Source of the DNA: Styela clava
Lineage: Eukaryota
DNA length: 64,000 bases
NCBI RefSeq assembly: GCF_964204865.1
Contig: NC_135252.1
Location: 4,774,001-4,838,000, forward strand
Reading direction: 5' to 3'
The position numbers and the translations under genes were made by a program. Shown in pieces: positions 40,336-52,700 of the stretch (its first letter is position 1; every line of letters begins with the position of its first letter). The notes beneath the pieces are model-generated. The model did not search any database and was not told the origin of the DNA. It was given only the letters and a program-made list of their open reading frames with translations.

Positions 40336-43228
40336 TTGACTCCATGCAATGGTGATGTGCCTTCGCGTGGGCTTGAAGACAGTGTGCCACATAAAGTCTT
40401 GGTACCTGTGCAGTCTCACAATAGTGTGTCACATGCAACTCGTACCGACGCTAACTCTTCACAGAACATTGCAATGTCATCTTTTCGCCGTCGATCTTTT
40501 CGACAAAATACAGAGTTTCCGACTTCTGCCCTGCCTAGTTACCCGATTTGCACTGTTCTTTCCAAATCTATTTCTGACAAAGTATCATTGCATAGTGATA
40601 AACCAACAAATATTGAATGTCTTAATTTTAATCGGCCAAGTCAGGCCATTACAGATTTTAGTCGTCTTGAATACTCACTCTTAGCATGCAAGCAGTCGGG
40701 AGGTGTGTTCTGTTGCTCTGAAATTTCGATTAAGTCATTTATTTCGGGAATTGACGGACTGGGTTCATTCAATCCAGATTGTGGCAACGACTGGGTCAGA
40801 TTAGCAAATGTAATTTGGAAAAAGAAGTTTGCAAAAAGTGCTTTGAAAAATGCCATCCGAAAATTAAAAAAATTTTGGAACAAAAATGCAGCAAAAAGTA
40901 AAAGTCAAAGTTTAGTATTTTCGGTTCAACCCTCAGAGGCAGTAGAAACGCTTCCGTCTACTGACGGAACAATTGATATTTTCGACCATCCTGAAGTACC
41001 GGCATTCAGCGACACCATGTCGGATGACAATTTGCCCAATTTATACTCTCATTTGGAAAACGAAAAAGACAGTGAAATTTACGAAAAAGAACGTAAACAA
41101 TTTGGCGATTCACCAAAACAATCTAAGCGTAAAAATTTGATTTTAAAAAGTAACACACCGACTGACCGCAGCAGGGCATGTAAATTATCTAACGCAATAA
41201 CCAGCGAGGAAGATTTAAAAGAGGTTAGTCAAAATTTAAATATATTTTTCAATTCGAACAAAACTGATCAACCTCCAGGTCCAGTGCAAGCGTCTGTCGT
41301 GATGGAATGCGGAAATCCGCAAAGTAAAGCTAAGTTTCGAATGGATGAAAAAATTTGGAGTAACCTTTTTAAATGCGTTATTGGGGGGCGAATAAAAAAT
41401 CCGGACTGGGTCGATGTCATTAGAAATGCTATTAAAAAAAGTGACCCATACTGTTCGTATGCATTTAGATGGCATACTGTAAATTCGGGAGACTTTTCTG
41501 AACGCGTTTTCGCTTGCAGTGGACATTGTGGCTTCTCGGGCTGCAGTCGTAAAATATCTGTAATAACCTTAGAGAGGACCCTCGCATGTTCCATGTTAGG
41601 TATACGGGAAATAGGTATCACGTTGGTATTAAATCAATCCAACTTAAGGGTAAACGGCGGGAGGCGGGTGCCCTCTCCTCCGATGTTTTTCATTCTGGTA
41701 ATAGGGACGATGCTCCGTCACAGGCGGTGTTAAATAAGGCGCGATATGAGGCTAGATTGGTAAATGTCCCAGATTTCGATGATCAATGGAATTCGCTTGA
41801 CTGTTTGAGAAAATTTCAGGCCAGAAAATGCAACAATAAATTAATTCGTGGAACCTTGCAGCAAATTTCACGAGTTCCTCCAGGTATTATGTTGTGGTCG
41901 GAACAGTCTGTAAGAATATTCATCCAAAATGCTCAAATTGACATAATTTATATTTACGCTACTGGTGGGGTACTGCCTTCTGGTGCCCAAAGCCCATATT
42001 ACATTTACGAAATAGTTACTCGCCATCCCCAAAAGGACAAATCCCCATTTGCTGTTGCAACGTTTGTTACGAATCGGCACAACATTGCAAATATTTCGAA
42101 CTTTTTGTCACAATTCCGTTCTGATGTTTCCAAATTGACCAAACGATTTCCCGCAAAAGTTTTTATATGTGATGGTAGTATGGCCCTCATTAAGTCGATA
42201 ATTCAGGTAAACATGCGCGAAAGTTTAGAGGCCTACATATCACGCTGTTATTCGGTCATTCAAGGCAGTGCAAATTTGGATATGCTTTCCCGACCCTTTC
42301 TTCACCTATGCACCAGCCATACCATGAAATATTTTGAGCAATTGGCGTGTAGGGTTCCAAAAGTAAAGCGGGAATTCATGCATATATTTGGGTTGCTTGT
42401 TTGCTGCGAGGAAATTAAAAATTTTGTAAAATTATTTATCATTTGACAATATTATTGATATCCCTGAATTCGAATCTTGTTGATAATAGCTGGTCGTACT
42501 TGAAAAAGCGTATCGAAAAACAAAATATTCCACCTCCACCCGAATGTGCTTTCGATCATGAAGCATCGGGTGAACTTTTACCAGATGCAGACTGGAGTGA
42601 GAGTAATCCTTTTACCGAATTACTATATCTGGATATTGCTAGAGCTACAAAAATTGCTACTGACGCGGTTTTTTGTGGTTCTAACTCTTTTTATTGTCCG
42701 GAAGTAATGACTAAATTTAAAACGTTTCATGTACCCAAAATTTGTCTATGGGGCACTTTGCTAGTAGGTGATTTAGGCAGGTTTGGTACAACAATAGGCT
42801 ATGAAAAGTATAAGCAATTTTACGCAAAATCATCGGTCTCTAACAAACAGAACTTAGCAAAAGATAATCGAACACAGGGAATCATGGAGAAAAGTCAACA
42901 GGAGCTAAAGCGTACTCGTTTCAACAACAGGCGGTTTAAACGTCTTGACGAGATCGCTGTAGTGTATGATCAACTTCATGATTCCCTAATTAGGGAATAT
43001 CAGGATAATTTGATTGCTCGTCCCAAAAAAAGGAAAGTCGATAACAGAGACCAAATTGACCAAGAAATTGAGAAATGGGGTAAAAGATGTAGAAATATGG
43101 GTAATGATAAATCGAAAGGTATATATTTACAGCCACCGTCTAGACCTCTGAAAGCTTCTTGCCCAATAGAATTGCTTGATAATGATGTATTGGAAACGGA
43201 AATAATATGTTAGCGGTCTTCTCAGTCA

Positions 43229-44032
43229 ATGGCATTGCGATTTAGATCACCCAAAATTGATTTTCGAAACTTGGTACATATGTCCATCGTTGACTTTGAA
43301 ATATTGAGCTCCAATACCAATTTCCGAAGGAATTGGTTCACATCGGACATTATAAATACCGCATCGCTAATTTTGTCATCGCAGTACCCGAATGCTGACG
43401 GCCTTCAAAGCACGACACTTTATACCACAATATCTGGCCCAAAGGTCTACGCTCCTTTCAAAAAATTTATTCAAATTTTGTTCGTGCATGATAATCACTG
43501 GGTAGCTGCGTCAAACATATTTTCTTTCAATCAGAATACCATTCAAATCTATGATAGTTCGTACTTGAAATACACAGAAAATGACAAATATGCTATTTCG
43601 CTTCTCATGCGGCCAACATTAGGAACAAACAAACTACAGATTGAATTTCCTCCCGTCCAGCAACAAACGTTAGGTGCATCATGCGGACCATTTGCAATAA
43701 GTTTTTGCATAGCTTTATGCGAAAGAATTAGACCAGAGGATATAGTTTTCCATGAGATAAATCTGCGAAAAAAGATTTATGATGGCATAAGTTCTAAACG
43801 ATTGTCACCAAATTTTAATATCGACCGAAACCACAATAAAACCAATACGAAATTTATGGATATTCAGATATTTTGTAACTGCCGACTGCCCTACATACAA
43901 AATCAGACTATGATAGAATGCACTTCATGTTTGGAATGGTACCACCCGGAATGTTGCAATACTCCTGTGCCAACTGAGGCACTGGAAGATTGCAAAATTG
44001 AATGGCATTGCGAGAAGTGCAATCGATGCTAA
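43229..44032 (+). CDS. Ulp1/peptidase C48-like SUMO protease domain plus C-terminal PHD finger (C-terminal part of the transposase)
   Basis: WFTSDIIN, HDNHWV, IYDS, QQQ..SCGPFA (H-D-C triad plus Q); FCNCRLPY..MIECTSCLEWYHPEC..WHCEKC (C4HC3). Confidence 0.85.
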   Translation: MALRFRSPKIDFRNLVHMSIVDFEILSSNTNFRRNWFTSDIINTASLILSSQYPNADGLQSTTLYTTISGPKVYAPFKKFIQILFVHDNHWVAASNIFSFNQNTIQIYDSSYLKYTENDKYAISLLMRPTLGTNKLQIEFPPVQQQTLGASCGPFAISFCIALCERIRPEDIVFHEINLRKKIYDGISSKRLSPNFNIDRNHNKTNTKFMDIQIFCNCRLPYIQNQTMIECTSCLEWYHPECCNTPVPTEALEDCKIEWHCEKCNRC

Positions 44033-44339
44033 ATTTTTTCGTTATATATTCACCATTTGCCTAACTCCAATTATTTTTCAGATCCATCGGCTTCATGGAC
44101 ACACAAATGATCAGTCTATTTTACCTTTTGCAGTATATGCCAAAGTTAAGGGTTTTCTCTCTCTATCGATCGTCGCCAGTTTTGAGATGAAAACCACCAC
44201 GATAGTTGGCACCTTGACGTGGTGTGGTGGCTTACTACTAAGACCACTAATTATCCAATGCAATAAGTGTGTCTTCTACCCCAAGTGTAAATGGGGGACC
44301 CTGATTATAAGACATTTTTTTTAGGGGCGAACTATGTCA

Positions 44340-45595
44340 TTTTGCTATTTCTATCATAAATTGACTAGTGGGCCATGTTTAAGCGATTATAAAAATATCT
44401 TCCCCCCATACAAACCTTTAAAACTCGCTGTATAAACACTTTATTATACGTACTACTGCTGGTCTTGTGTAAATGTGGGGCCCGTAATTTTTTGAAGCAA
44501 AAAAGATCTTTTTACTAAAATATCTTCCCCCCATACAACATTTTTCAAACTCGCTGTATAAACACTTTATTATATGTACTACAGCTGGTCTTGTGTAAAT
44601 GTGGGGCCCGTAATTGCAAGACACTCATTTTTTGAAGCAAAAAAGAGCTTTTTACTATTTCCATCATTAATTGGGCCTTTTTTAAGCGATTATAAAAATA
44701 TCTTCCCCCCATACAAACTTTTTCAAACTCGCTGTATTAACACCTTATTTTATGTACTACTACTGGTCTTTTGTAAATGTGGGGACCGTAATTGCAAGAC
44801 ACTCATTTTTTGGAGCAAAAGAGGTCTTTTTGCCATTTCTATCATAAATTGACTAACGGGCCATGTTTAAGCGATTATCAAAATATCTTCCCCCCATACA
44901 AACTTTTTCAAACTCGCTGTATTAACACTTTATTATATGTACTACTGCTGGTCTTGTGTAAATGAGGGGCCCATACCTGCAAGACACTCATTTTTCGGGG
45001 CAAAATAGGTCTTTTTGCCATTTCTATCAAAAAGTGATTATCGGGCCATGTTTAAGCCAATATAAAAATATTTTCCCCCCATACAAACTTTTTCAAACTC
45101 GCTGTATTAACACTTTATTATATGTACTACTACTGGTCTTGTGTAAATGAGAGGCCCGTAATTGCAAGACACTCATTTTTGGGGGCAAAATAGGTCTTTT
45201 TGCCATTTCTATCAAAAATTGACTATGGGGCCATGTTTAAGCGATTATAAAAATATCCTCCCCCCATACAAACTTTTTCAAACTTGCTGTATTAACACTT
45301 TATTATATGTACTAATACTGGTCTCTTGTAAATGTGGGGACCGTAATTGCAAGACACTCATTTTTTGGAGCAAAGAGGTCTTTTTGCCATTTCTATCATA
45401 AATTGTCAAGCGGGTCATGTTTAAACGAGAATAAAAATATCTTCCCCCATACAAACTTTTTGAAACTCGTTGTATAAACACTTTATTAAATGTACTACTG
45501 CTGTTTATGTATAAATGGAAAGGTTCATGATTGTAAGACGCATCTTTTTGGGGACAAAATAGGTCTTTTTACCAATTTTATCAAAAATTGACGAC
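44340..45595 (-). repeat. Inverted tandem array of the same ~185-bp unit (~7 copies, innermost ones partly deleted) in the right TIR
   Basis: Reverse complement of the 37780-39365 units (ggtctttttgccattt..., cccccatacaaactttttcaaactcgc). Confidence 0.95.
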
Positions 45596-46660
45596 TGGGA
45601 CCGGTTTAAACGATAATAAGTATCTCTTCCACCTATCCAATCTTTGTCAAACTCGTTGTGTTTACTTCCCTTTATAAGCACTTATACTTATCTTTCTTAT
45701 ACTAAGCGGATATATTTGTGAGACACTTATATTTTGGGGAGAACTGTGACTTTTTGGCAATTATTCACAGTTTTTATGATTAATCTGGCAACGCATGATT
45801 TTGCATCGATGCCTTTTTCGTAAACTCTCGCATCGCTCAATTGAAATCAGAGTTCTGGCAACAGTGATCGGCGCGTTCAAAAACGAGAGATCTGGCAACG
45901 CATAAAGCATCAGCTGATTTTGCATCGATGCATTTTTTGTAAACTCTCGCATCGCTCAATTGAAATCTGAGTTCTGGCAACAGTGATCGGCGCGTTCAAA
46001 AACGAGAGAGATGTCTGCTAGGGTAACTTCGGTCCCTTGTCCCTCCATGTTCGCTATCAAGATTAACAGTTAATTAAGATGTTTGAACAATCTAACAAAA
46101 ACTCCTTGGAGGAAGGGTCGACTAAGTTACGGAATATTTTCGGATTCGGTTAAAAATGTAGTCCATTATTAAACCACTGCTTTTTTTGTAGATTTTCACT
46201 TAGTGGACACTTAGCAAGTACGGCAGGTAATTTATAAAAAAAAAATTTAAATTAATAACAAATCAGTACAAGTCAGCCCGGGTATTCAAACATGTGATGA
46301 TTGACGTGAGAAAAAAATTTGAAGTCACGTTTAGGATATTACATTGAACAACAATGGAAAAGGTACATTGGAATCAGTCAAGCTTCAAATGCTAATGGCA
46401 TTAATGAAAAGAATATGCGACATGAAGACTGAAGTTTCCATCTGAGACATTGGAAGACGCTAAAACCTTAGACTTGATAGTGTGGAAAGCTTTCTCACAA
46501 TGCAGTAATAATGGGACATATATTTATAATATCATTATACAGGCTTTAAGTTGAACTATATGTTTAATTAAAATACCTATCTTTGCTAATAAATGCTGAA
46601 AACCATTTATTTCAATCTGCTGAGTGATTAGGGTCAGAAATTTGCTGTAGGGACCATCAC

Positions 46661-47144
46661 CAGGGCTGGATTTACCAATAGGCTAGGCAGGCTGAAACCT
46701 AAAGCCTCGAAATTCGGTTTCGAAGTTTGTAAATCTTTTGAAAACTTGACAAGTTTAAACCCTACGAAAAGTATATATATATAAATTAGGCTTTTCAGAA
46801 TAGAAAATTCTGTACACAACTGGTTTCAACCACATTGTAAACAGCCATTATTGCGTCGTTTGCATCATAATAAGGGAAATTATTATTATGCGCATTCTGC
46901 TGGAAGTTTCTATGTTAAAGTATGGCTGTAGCGGTTGTTTGATCAAAGAAATTGAAAGCAAAACTGACTACCTCAAGTAATTTTTTATCCTTTTAATTAA
47001 AAATTCGCACCCATGAATGGAGAGAATGAAAAGTTTAATTCACTCATATTTTAAAATTTTAAGCAATGACATGTGATGTTGTTTAGAGAGAAATTCTGAG
47101 CTCAAAAATATGAAGGGGGTTCTCATGGTCTAAATCCAGCCCTG
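46661..47144. mobile_element. MITE, probably hAT
   Basis: TIR cagggctggattta / taaatccagccctg; flanks accatcac / aacatcac (7 of 8). Confidence 0.78.
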
Positions 47145-49458
47145 AACATCACCAATTTTGTGATAGGTAGGTACATGATGTCAACATATGAACTGAGTTA
47201 GGCCATTGGATTTTGAAAGGTGTACCAGAAATGTACATAGTTACATGAAATTCATGAAATATATATCATCCAATAAAAACCAAAATAGGTCTTTCGTTGA
47301 ACGCCAGTTGTGGTCCCGGTACCGGTATTCCAGTATTCTGTCATCCCAAGCAGTTGGAGCGCATATCCCACAGAGCACGGCGCGTTGGCAGAATCTCATG
47401 GTCTAGTGAGAATGACGTCATCGGAAACACCGCGCTCATTAAAATTTCAATGAACGATTATCAAAAATCTTGACCATGTTTATCATGATAAAAATATCAA
47501 AAAAGATGTAAAAAATATTCTATTCTCAAAACTGCTCGCGTATACAATGAAAGATATCTAGAAAATTTTAAAAAATGCAAATTTCTGCTCTGATGATCAC
47601 ATTCCCCATAAGAGCTAATGTTGAAATTGTTTTTTTTACATCACTTTTCTTTTTGCGCGTAGGATGGGTTTTTAATGAATAAGGTCTATTGTAGAAGCTT
47701 GACGGGGTGTGACCTTATGCACCCTGCTTGCTACGCAAAGACGAAGGGCGCTGAACCGTGCGCCAATATTTTTCAGTCTAAACGCTCTTAGAGTCTAGCC
47801 TATCCCAATACAGCAATGGTCCAGACAATCCTCTCCAAATTATCCCGTCTTATAACTGAGATAAGCAAACTGAAGTCCACAAGCCCACAATACGCAACTT
47901 TAAACACAGGAGAATTGTAGCCTAATGTGTCGTGAAATTATCAAGCACTTGCTCAGCACAAAATATATAATCGAGATGTCAGATGGAGCCAAATAGATTA
48001 CGGAAACAGATGACAAATACAGATAGAGATGAGATATAGATAGAGAGAGGTTTTCTAAAGAAAAGAAAATACACTATAAATTTGCCGCATAAATAACTAA
48101 CATGCAATCAAATTATATCGCTTACCGACTGTTTTTAGCCAAGGTCAACAATATATCGAATCTTTTATGTAACTGCAGAACACTGAAATAAACATGAACA
48201 AATAAGCACCACAGTAACAGTACTTAACCCTACAGCATTAATTGTGGCAATAAATATAATACCAACAGTATTTCATCCAAATAGGACTACTACATAACAA
48301 GCCAAATGCAATGAAATACAGAAAACTCACCAAGAATATTTCACAAAACAATCAAAACGCAGGACAGATTCACAAAATGCAGTTCAACAATCCAGAGTTC
48401 AATGCAGCAAATTTTAAACTATTAGCAAGTTAAATAAGCATGATACAAAGGAAACCATAATTAGCCCACTATATTTAATATGATACAGCTTTTTCTAATG
48501 CTAAATCGCCATAGAAGTAACGCATTGCAACAGCAAACTAGCTGTGCACATTTACAATTTCGGCCCTAACGCGAGCGATATAATAACGATGTAAACACGC
48601 AAATTGCAGTAGACAGAAACCTTCTCGGCTCGGTCTACAGATAATAGAGAAACACATCAAATGAGACGTTTGCGACGTTGACAAACGAAAAGATGCAAAC
48701 GTGTCAGCAATAAAGAAATAGACACTACCGGCACTGGAGATCTAACAGCAATAGCTTACTTTACAGAATATAAAAAATACATGTTCACAGGCGGCGCCGC
48801 CCCGTACATTTGTTATATTTATCCCCATTAGAATAGTGTGATTAGGCGCGTGTGCCAGTTTGCAGTTGTTTGATTGCGTTTCATTGATATTTTCATACTG
48901 TTGTAGCGTACCGACAGTCTATGAAATAATTATCCAAGTTCAGAATATCTTCCAATATGATCTGACGTCAAGTTCCCTCTCAATATTCACTCCAGGTCAT
49001 GCTATTTTATTCTATTTATTAATTATCCTCCAATGAAACGGTTAATACAACCAAACACTCCGAAGAAACGGAAAGCACACAACAAAAACAACAATACCAG
49101 GCAGTGAAATGTAAGAAAACGAAATACACCATAAAAACACTAAAGAAGTTACTTATAATTTGAAAAACACGCTGAAAATTAACTTATGACAGGCATTTTA
49201 AAAGACGATAAACAATTCTATATGTGCATAACATTTGAACAGTACTGATCATAGCTAATTCCATGATAAAACAACACTAAATGAACTGCAATGGCCCTCC
49301 TGTACTGAAACAATAATATCAGCCCACTGTCTAGCATAAAAACATTCAACAAATCCCCATCCCACAGTCACAAAACAACAAACAAACATCCCCGATCACC
49401 CACCGGAGACCAGAGGCACTCCCTCAGACACTCAAAACCAAGCATCCAATCGAAAAAC

Positions 49459-49760
49459 TGTTATGAGAATTAAGTTCAGTTATTCCTGTTGCAGTGTGCT
49501 ACACTTTGTTTATATTCCGTCATTATTACATTATCGTTCTTTGTGTTGTGATCACTGATTATCGTCAAGCGACAACGGACTGCATTTGCCTTACTGCATT
49601 AGTTACGTGCCGTTACGAGTATTAGACGGTAGTCCGATTAAGTTTGGCTATACTTAGTGACTCAATGTAATTATGTTGCATGTTCTTGTATTTAGGTTAA
49701 GATGCGTTTTTAGTTTCTTAAAGCCATAATTTTGGTTGTAATAAATAAACTGTCATAACA
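49459..49760 (+). repeat. 5' LTR
   Basis: TG..CA ends with an 8-bp terminal inverted repeat; AATAAA near 49740. Confidence 0.95.
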
Positions 49761-49784
49761 ATTTAAGAAACTAAAATCTTAAAT

Positions 49785-52700
49785 ATGGATGCATCGATGA
49801 AACCAGTGAGACTTGACCTAAATCTGAATTCTCCAAGCGCGGCAAAGGAATGGAAGCACTGGCGAAAAACATTTGAGAACTACATTGAAGAATTAGAGAT
49901 GAGTGTACAAGAGGGCCAGTCTGTGAATAAACTCAAGAGGCTAATCAACTCAGTATCTCACAATGTTTATGAATATATTGAAGATGTGGACGCTTATAGT
50001 AAAGCTATGGAAGTGCTACATAACTTATATGTCAAGACGCCGAATGAAATATTTGCACGACATCTGCTAGTTACGGCAAAGCAACAAACTGGTCAATCCA
50101 TCGACGAATTTTTACAAACTCTGCGTAATCTAAGTAAAGATTGTAATTTTAAAGATGTTTCTGCCGCGCAGTACCGCGACGAACTTATACGTGATTCTTT
50201 TATCAATGGTATTTTGTCAAATAACATCCGACAACGTCTTTTGGAAAACAAGGACTTGACTCTTGAATTAGCGTTTTCACAAGCTTCATCACTTGATCTG
50301 GCGCAACGTAATTCGTCAGCATATGAAGCATCTCGAATCGACGAATTGCAACCTTCGGCATTGGCCACTTCCGAAACCTCTTTCGACAATGAAGGTATAG
50401 TAACTGGCCGTATAACAGGGCGAAAATGTATATTCTGTGGATATAATTACCACAATCGTCAAAATTGTCCCGCACGCAATGCCAATTGCTACAAATGCGA
50501 TAAAAAAGGCCACTTTGCCAAAGTTTGCCGATCAAAGATGAATAAATCTGAAGCCTCTTCATCTATAACGGCGTCAGTAAATCCATCAGTCCACGATTTG
50601 CAATCAGCACCACGTTGTTTACTGCCGGCAACACTTCCAGTTGTCATAGCTGGTCGCAATACAACTGCGTTGATAGATACCGGAAGCTCTCTCTCTTTTA
50701 TAAACGAAAAGACTGCGAGAATGCTACGTTTGAAAATTTTGCCTTCACGGGAAAATGTAGTGATGGCTGTCCAGCATCTGCAAGGAACGACTATTGGATC
50801 CTGTTTAACTGATATGATAATTGGTAGTCGTTCATATACCAAAGTGCCTCTTAAAGTATTTCGAGGTCTTTGTTGTGATTTATTGCTCGGTCAGGACTTT
50901 CAAAGACAACATGAAAGAGTCATTTTCCCTTTTAACGGCTCTCGTCCTGAACTTCTAGTTCAATATGAATCAAAAGTATGTGGTTTAGCTGCTGCAAACT
51001 ACACCCCGGCTTCGTTATTTTCTAATCTCATGAAAAATTGTCATCCGATAGCTGTCAAATCTCGCCGTTTTGGCGCGTTAGACAAAGAATTCATCGCTAA
51101 AGAAGTTTCGAGAATGTACAACGAAGGAATTATCAGGCCAAGTTCTTCGCCGTGGAGAGCACAGCCTTTAGTTGTGAAGGATCCATTGACCTCAAAACGA
51201 CGATTGTGCATAGACTATTCACAAACGATAAACATTTATACAGAGCTAGACGCCTATCCATTGCCGCGAATTGATGATATGGTTAACGAACTTGCTGGAT
51301 ATTCCTGGTTTTCCACCTACGATCTGAAATCCGCGTATCATCAGATTCCAATATGCCAGCAAGATAAAATTTTCACTGCGTTTGAAGGCGATGGTAAACT
51401 CTGGGAATTCAATCGTATTCCATTTGGAGTGACCAATGGAGTACCAGCTTTTCAGCGGATAATGGATGAAATTGTGGAAAAAGGCAATCTGAAAGATACA
51501 TTTCCATACCTCGACAATGTAACTATAGCTGGACATACAAAAGAGGAGCATGACTATAATGTGAAGAAATTTCTCGATACTGTTAAGAAAAACAATTTAA
51601 CATTAAATGATGCAAAAACAGTATCAAGTGTACGAAAAATTAACATTTTGGGATATACAGTGGGTAATAATTCAGTAGCTCCAGATCCCGAACGCCTAGC
51701 TCCATTGAGAGAACTCCTACCTCCAACAAATAGTCGCGCTCTGCAAAGAATAATTGGACTTTTTGCGTATTATTCGAAATGGATTGTAAACTTTTCAGAC
51801 AAAATGCGACGACTCCGCCAAGCGAAAACATTTCCTTTAGATTGCGCTACAGTACAAGACTTCGAATCACTAAAAAGAGAAATCGGAAATGCCACTTTGA
51901 GCTCAATTGATGAGCATGTTCCATTTGTTGTAGAATGCGACGCATCGGAAATTGCAATTTCAGCCACACTGAATCAAGGAGGGCGACCAGTGGCATTTTG
52001 GTCGCGTGTTCTACAGAAGAGCGAGAGGTTTTATCCTGCTGTAGAAAAGGAGGCAACGGCAATCATTGAAGCTGTGCGAAAGTGGGCCCATTTTCTGGCA
52101 AGACGTCCATTCACTATCGTGACCGACCAGCGATCGGTTTCTTTCATGCTAGATAACCGTCGTCGATCCAAAATAAAGAATAATAAAATTCAGTCCTGGA
52201 GGCTGGAACTAGCCTCTTTCAGTTACGACGTTAGATATCGACCTGGAAAACAAAATGCCGCACCTGATGCTTTAACACGTTCTACATGCGCATCAGTTTT
52301 TCCCACGTCATTGCAAGAAATACACGAAGGTTTATGTCACCCGGGCGTCACAAGACTTCTACATTTCGTCAAATCGAAAAATTTGCCTTTCTCGACTGAT
52401 GACGTTAAAAGAACTTGTAAATTATGCCGCGTATGTGCGGAACTTAAACCGAAATTTTATTCCCCACCGTATGGCACATTAATCAAGGCCACACGGCCAT
52501 TTGAAAGACTGAGTATGGACTTCAAGGGACCTTTGCCATCGCGGACAAAGAACGTATACATGCTAACCATTGTCGATGAATATTCTAGATTTCCATTTGT
52601 ATTTCAATGCACCAATCTTTCTTCCGCTTCAGTAATAAGCTGCCTTGAAAAATTATTTGCTCTGTGCGGACTACCTGGTTATATACACTCTGATAGAGGA

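Larger units (their letters stand above)
39639..44032 (+). pseudogene. Disrupted MULE (NOF-like) DDE transposase fused to Ulp1/C48 protease and PHD finger
   Basis: ORFs 40255-41733, 41586-42446, 42443-43213 and 43229-44032 are joined by frameshifts and one in-frame TAG. Zn finger C-x4-C..H (CGFSGC..GNRYH), IYI[Y]ATG (D1, mutated), FICDGSMAL (D2), LCTSH (CxxH), TQGIMEK (E). Confidence 0.8.
37433..46033 (+). mobile_element. Foldback-type Mutator/MULE transposon (NOF/Rehavkus-like), 8.6 kb
   Basis: Termini ACC(A/G)AAGTTACCCTAGCAGAC in inverted orientation. 1.7-1.9 kb TIRs contain tandem arrays. 9-bp flanks CCCCTGCCC / CCCTTGTCC (7 of 9, two C>T). Internal MULE-type transposase. Confidence 0.88.
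36584..47687. mobile_element. Non-autonomous DNA transposon with ~360-bp TIRs (~2.5 kb when empty), hosting the foldback Mutator element
   Basis: 36581-~36945 is the reverse complement of ~47345-47690 (agac(t/c)ttattcattaaaaacccatcctacgcgc...). Junctions aAT|AGAC..GTCT|ATt fit a 2-bp TSD (AT, or TA if shifted by 1 nt). No ORF of its own recognised. Confidence 0.82.

Noticed and set aside
37967-45481. Short ORFs within the TIR arrays and antisense ORFs over the transposase
   Set aside because: By-products of repeats or of the opposite-strand frame; no domain signatures.
37780-45595. Regular ~185-bp arrays as a CRISPR-like locus
   Set aside because: Whole units repeat with no unique spacers, there are no cas genes, and the arrays mirror each other as transposon TIRs in eukaryotic DNA.
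37441-46025. piggyBac or CACTA-type reading of the inner element (TA|CCCT..AGGG|TA)
   Set aside because: No TTAA; inverted identity extends outward to ACC/GGT; a 9-bp TSD and MULE motifs fit Mutator better.
47690-48808. TGTA..TACA-bounded A/C-rich segment as a solo LTR
   Set aside because: No TSD and no second copy in the window; probably repeat-derived but not supportable.
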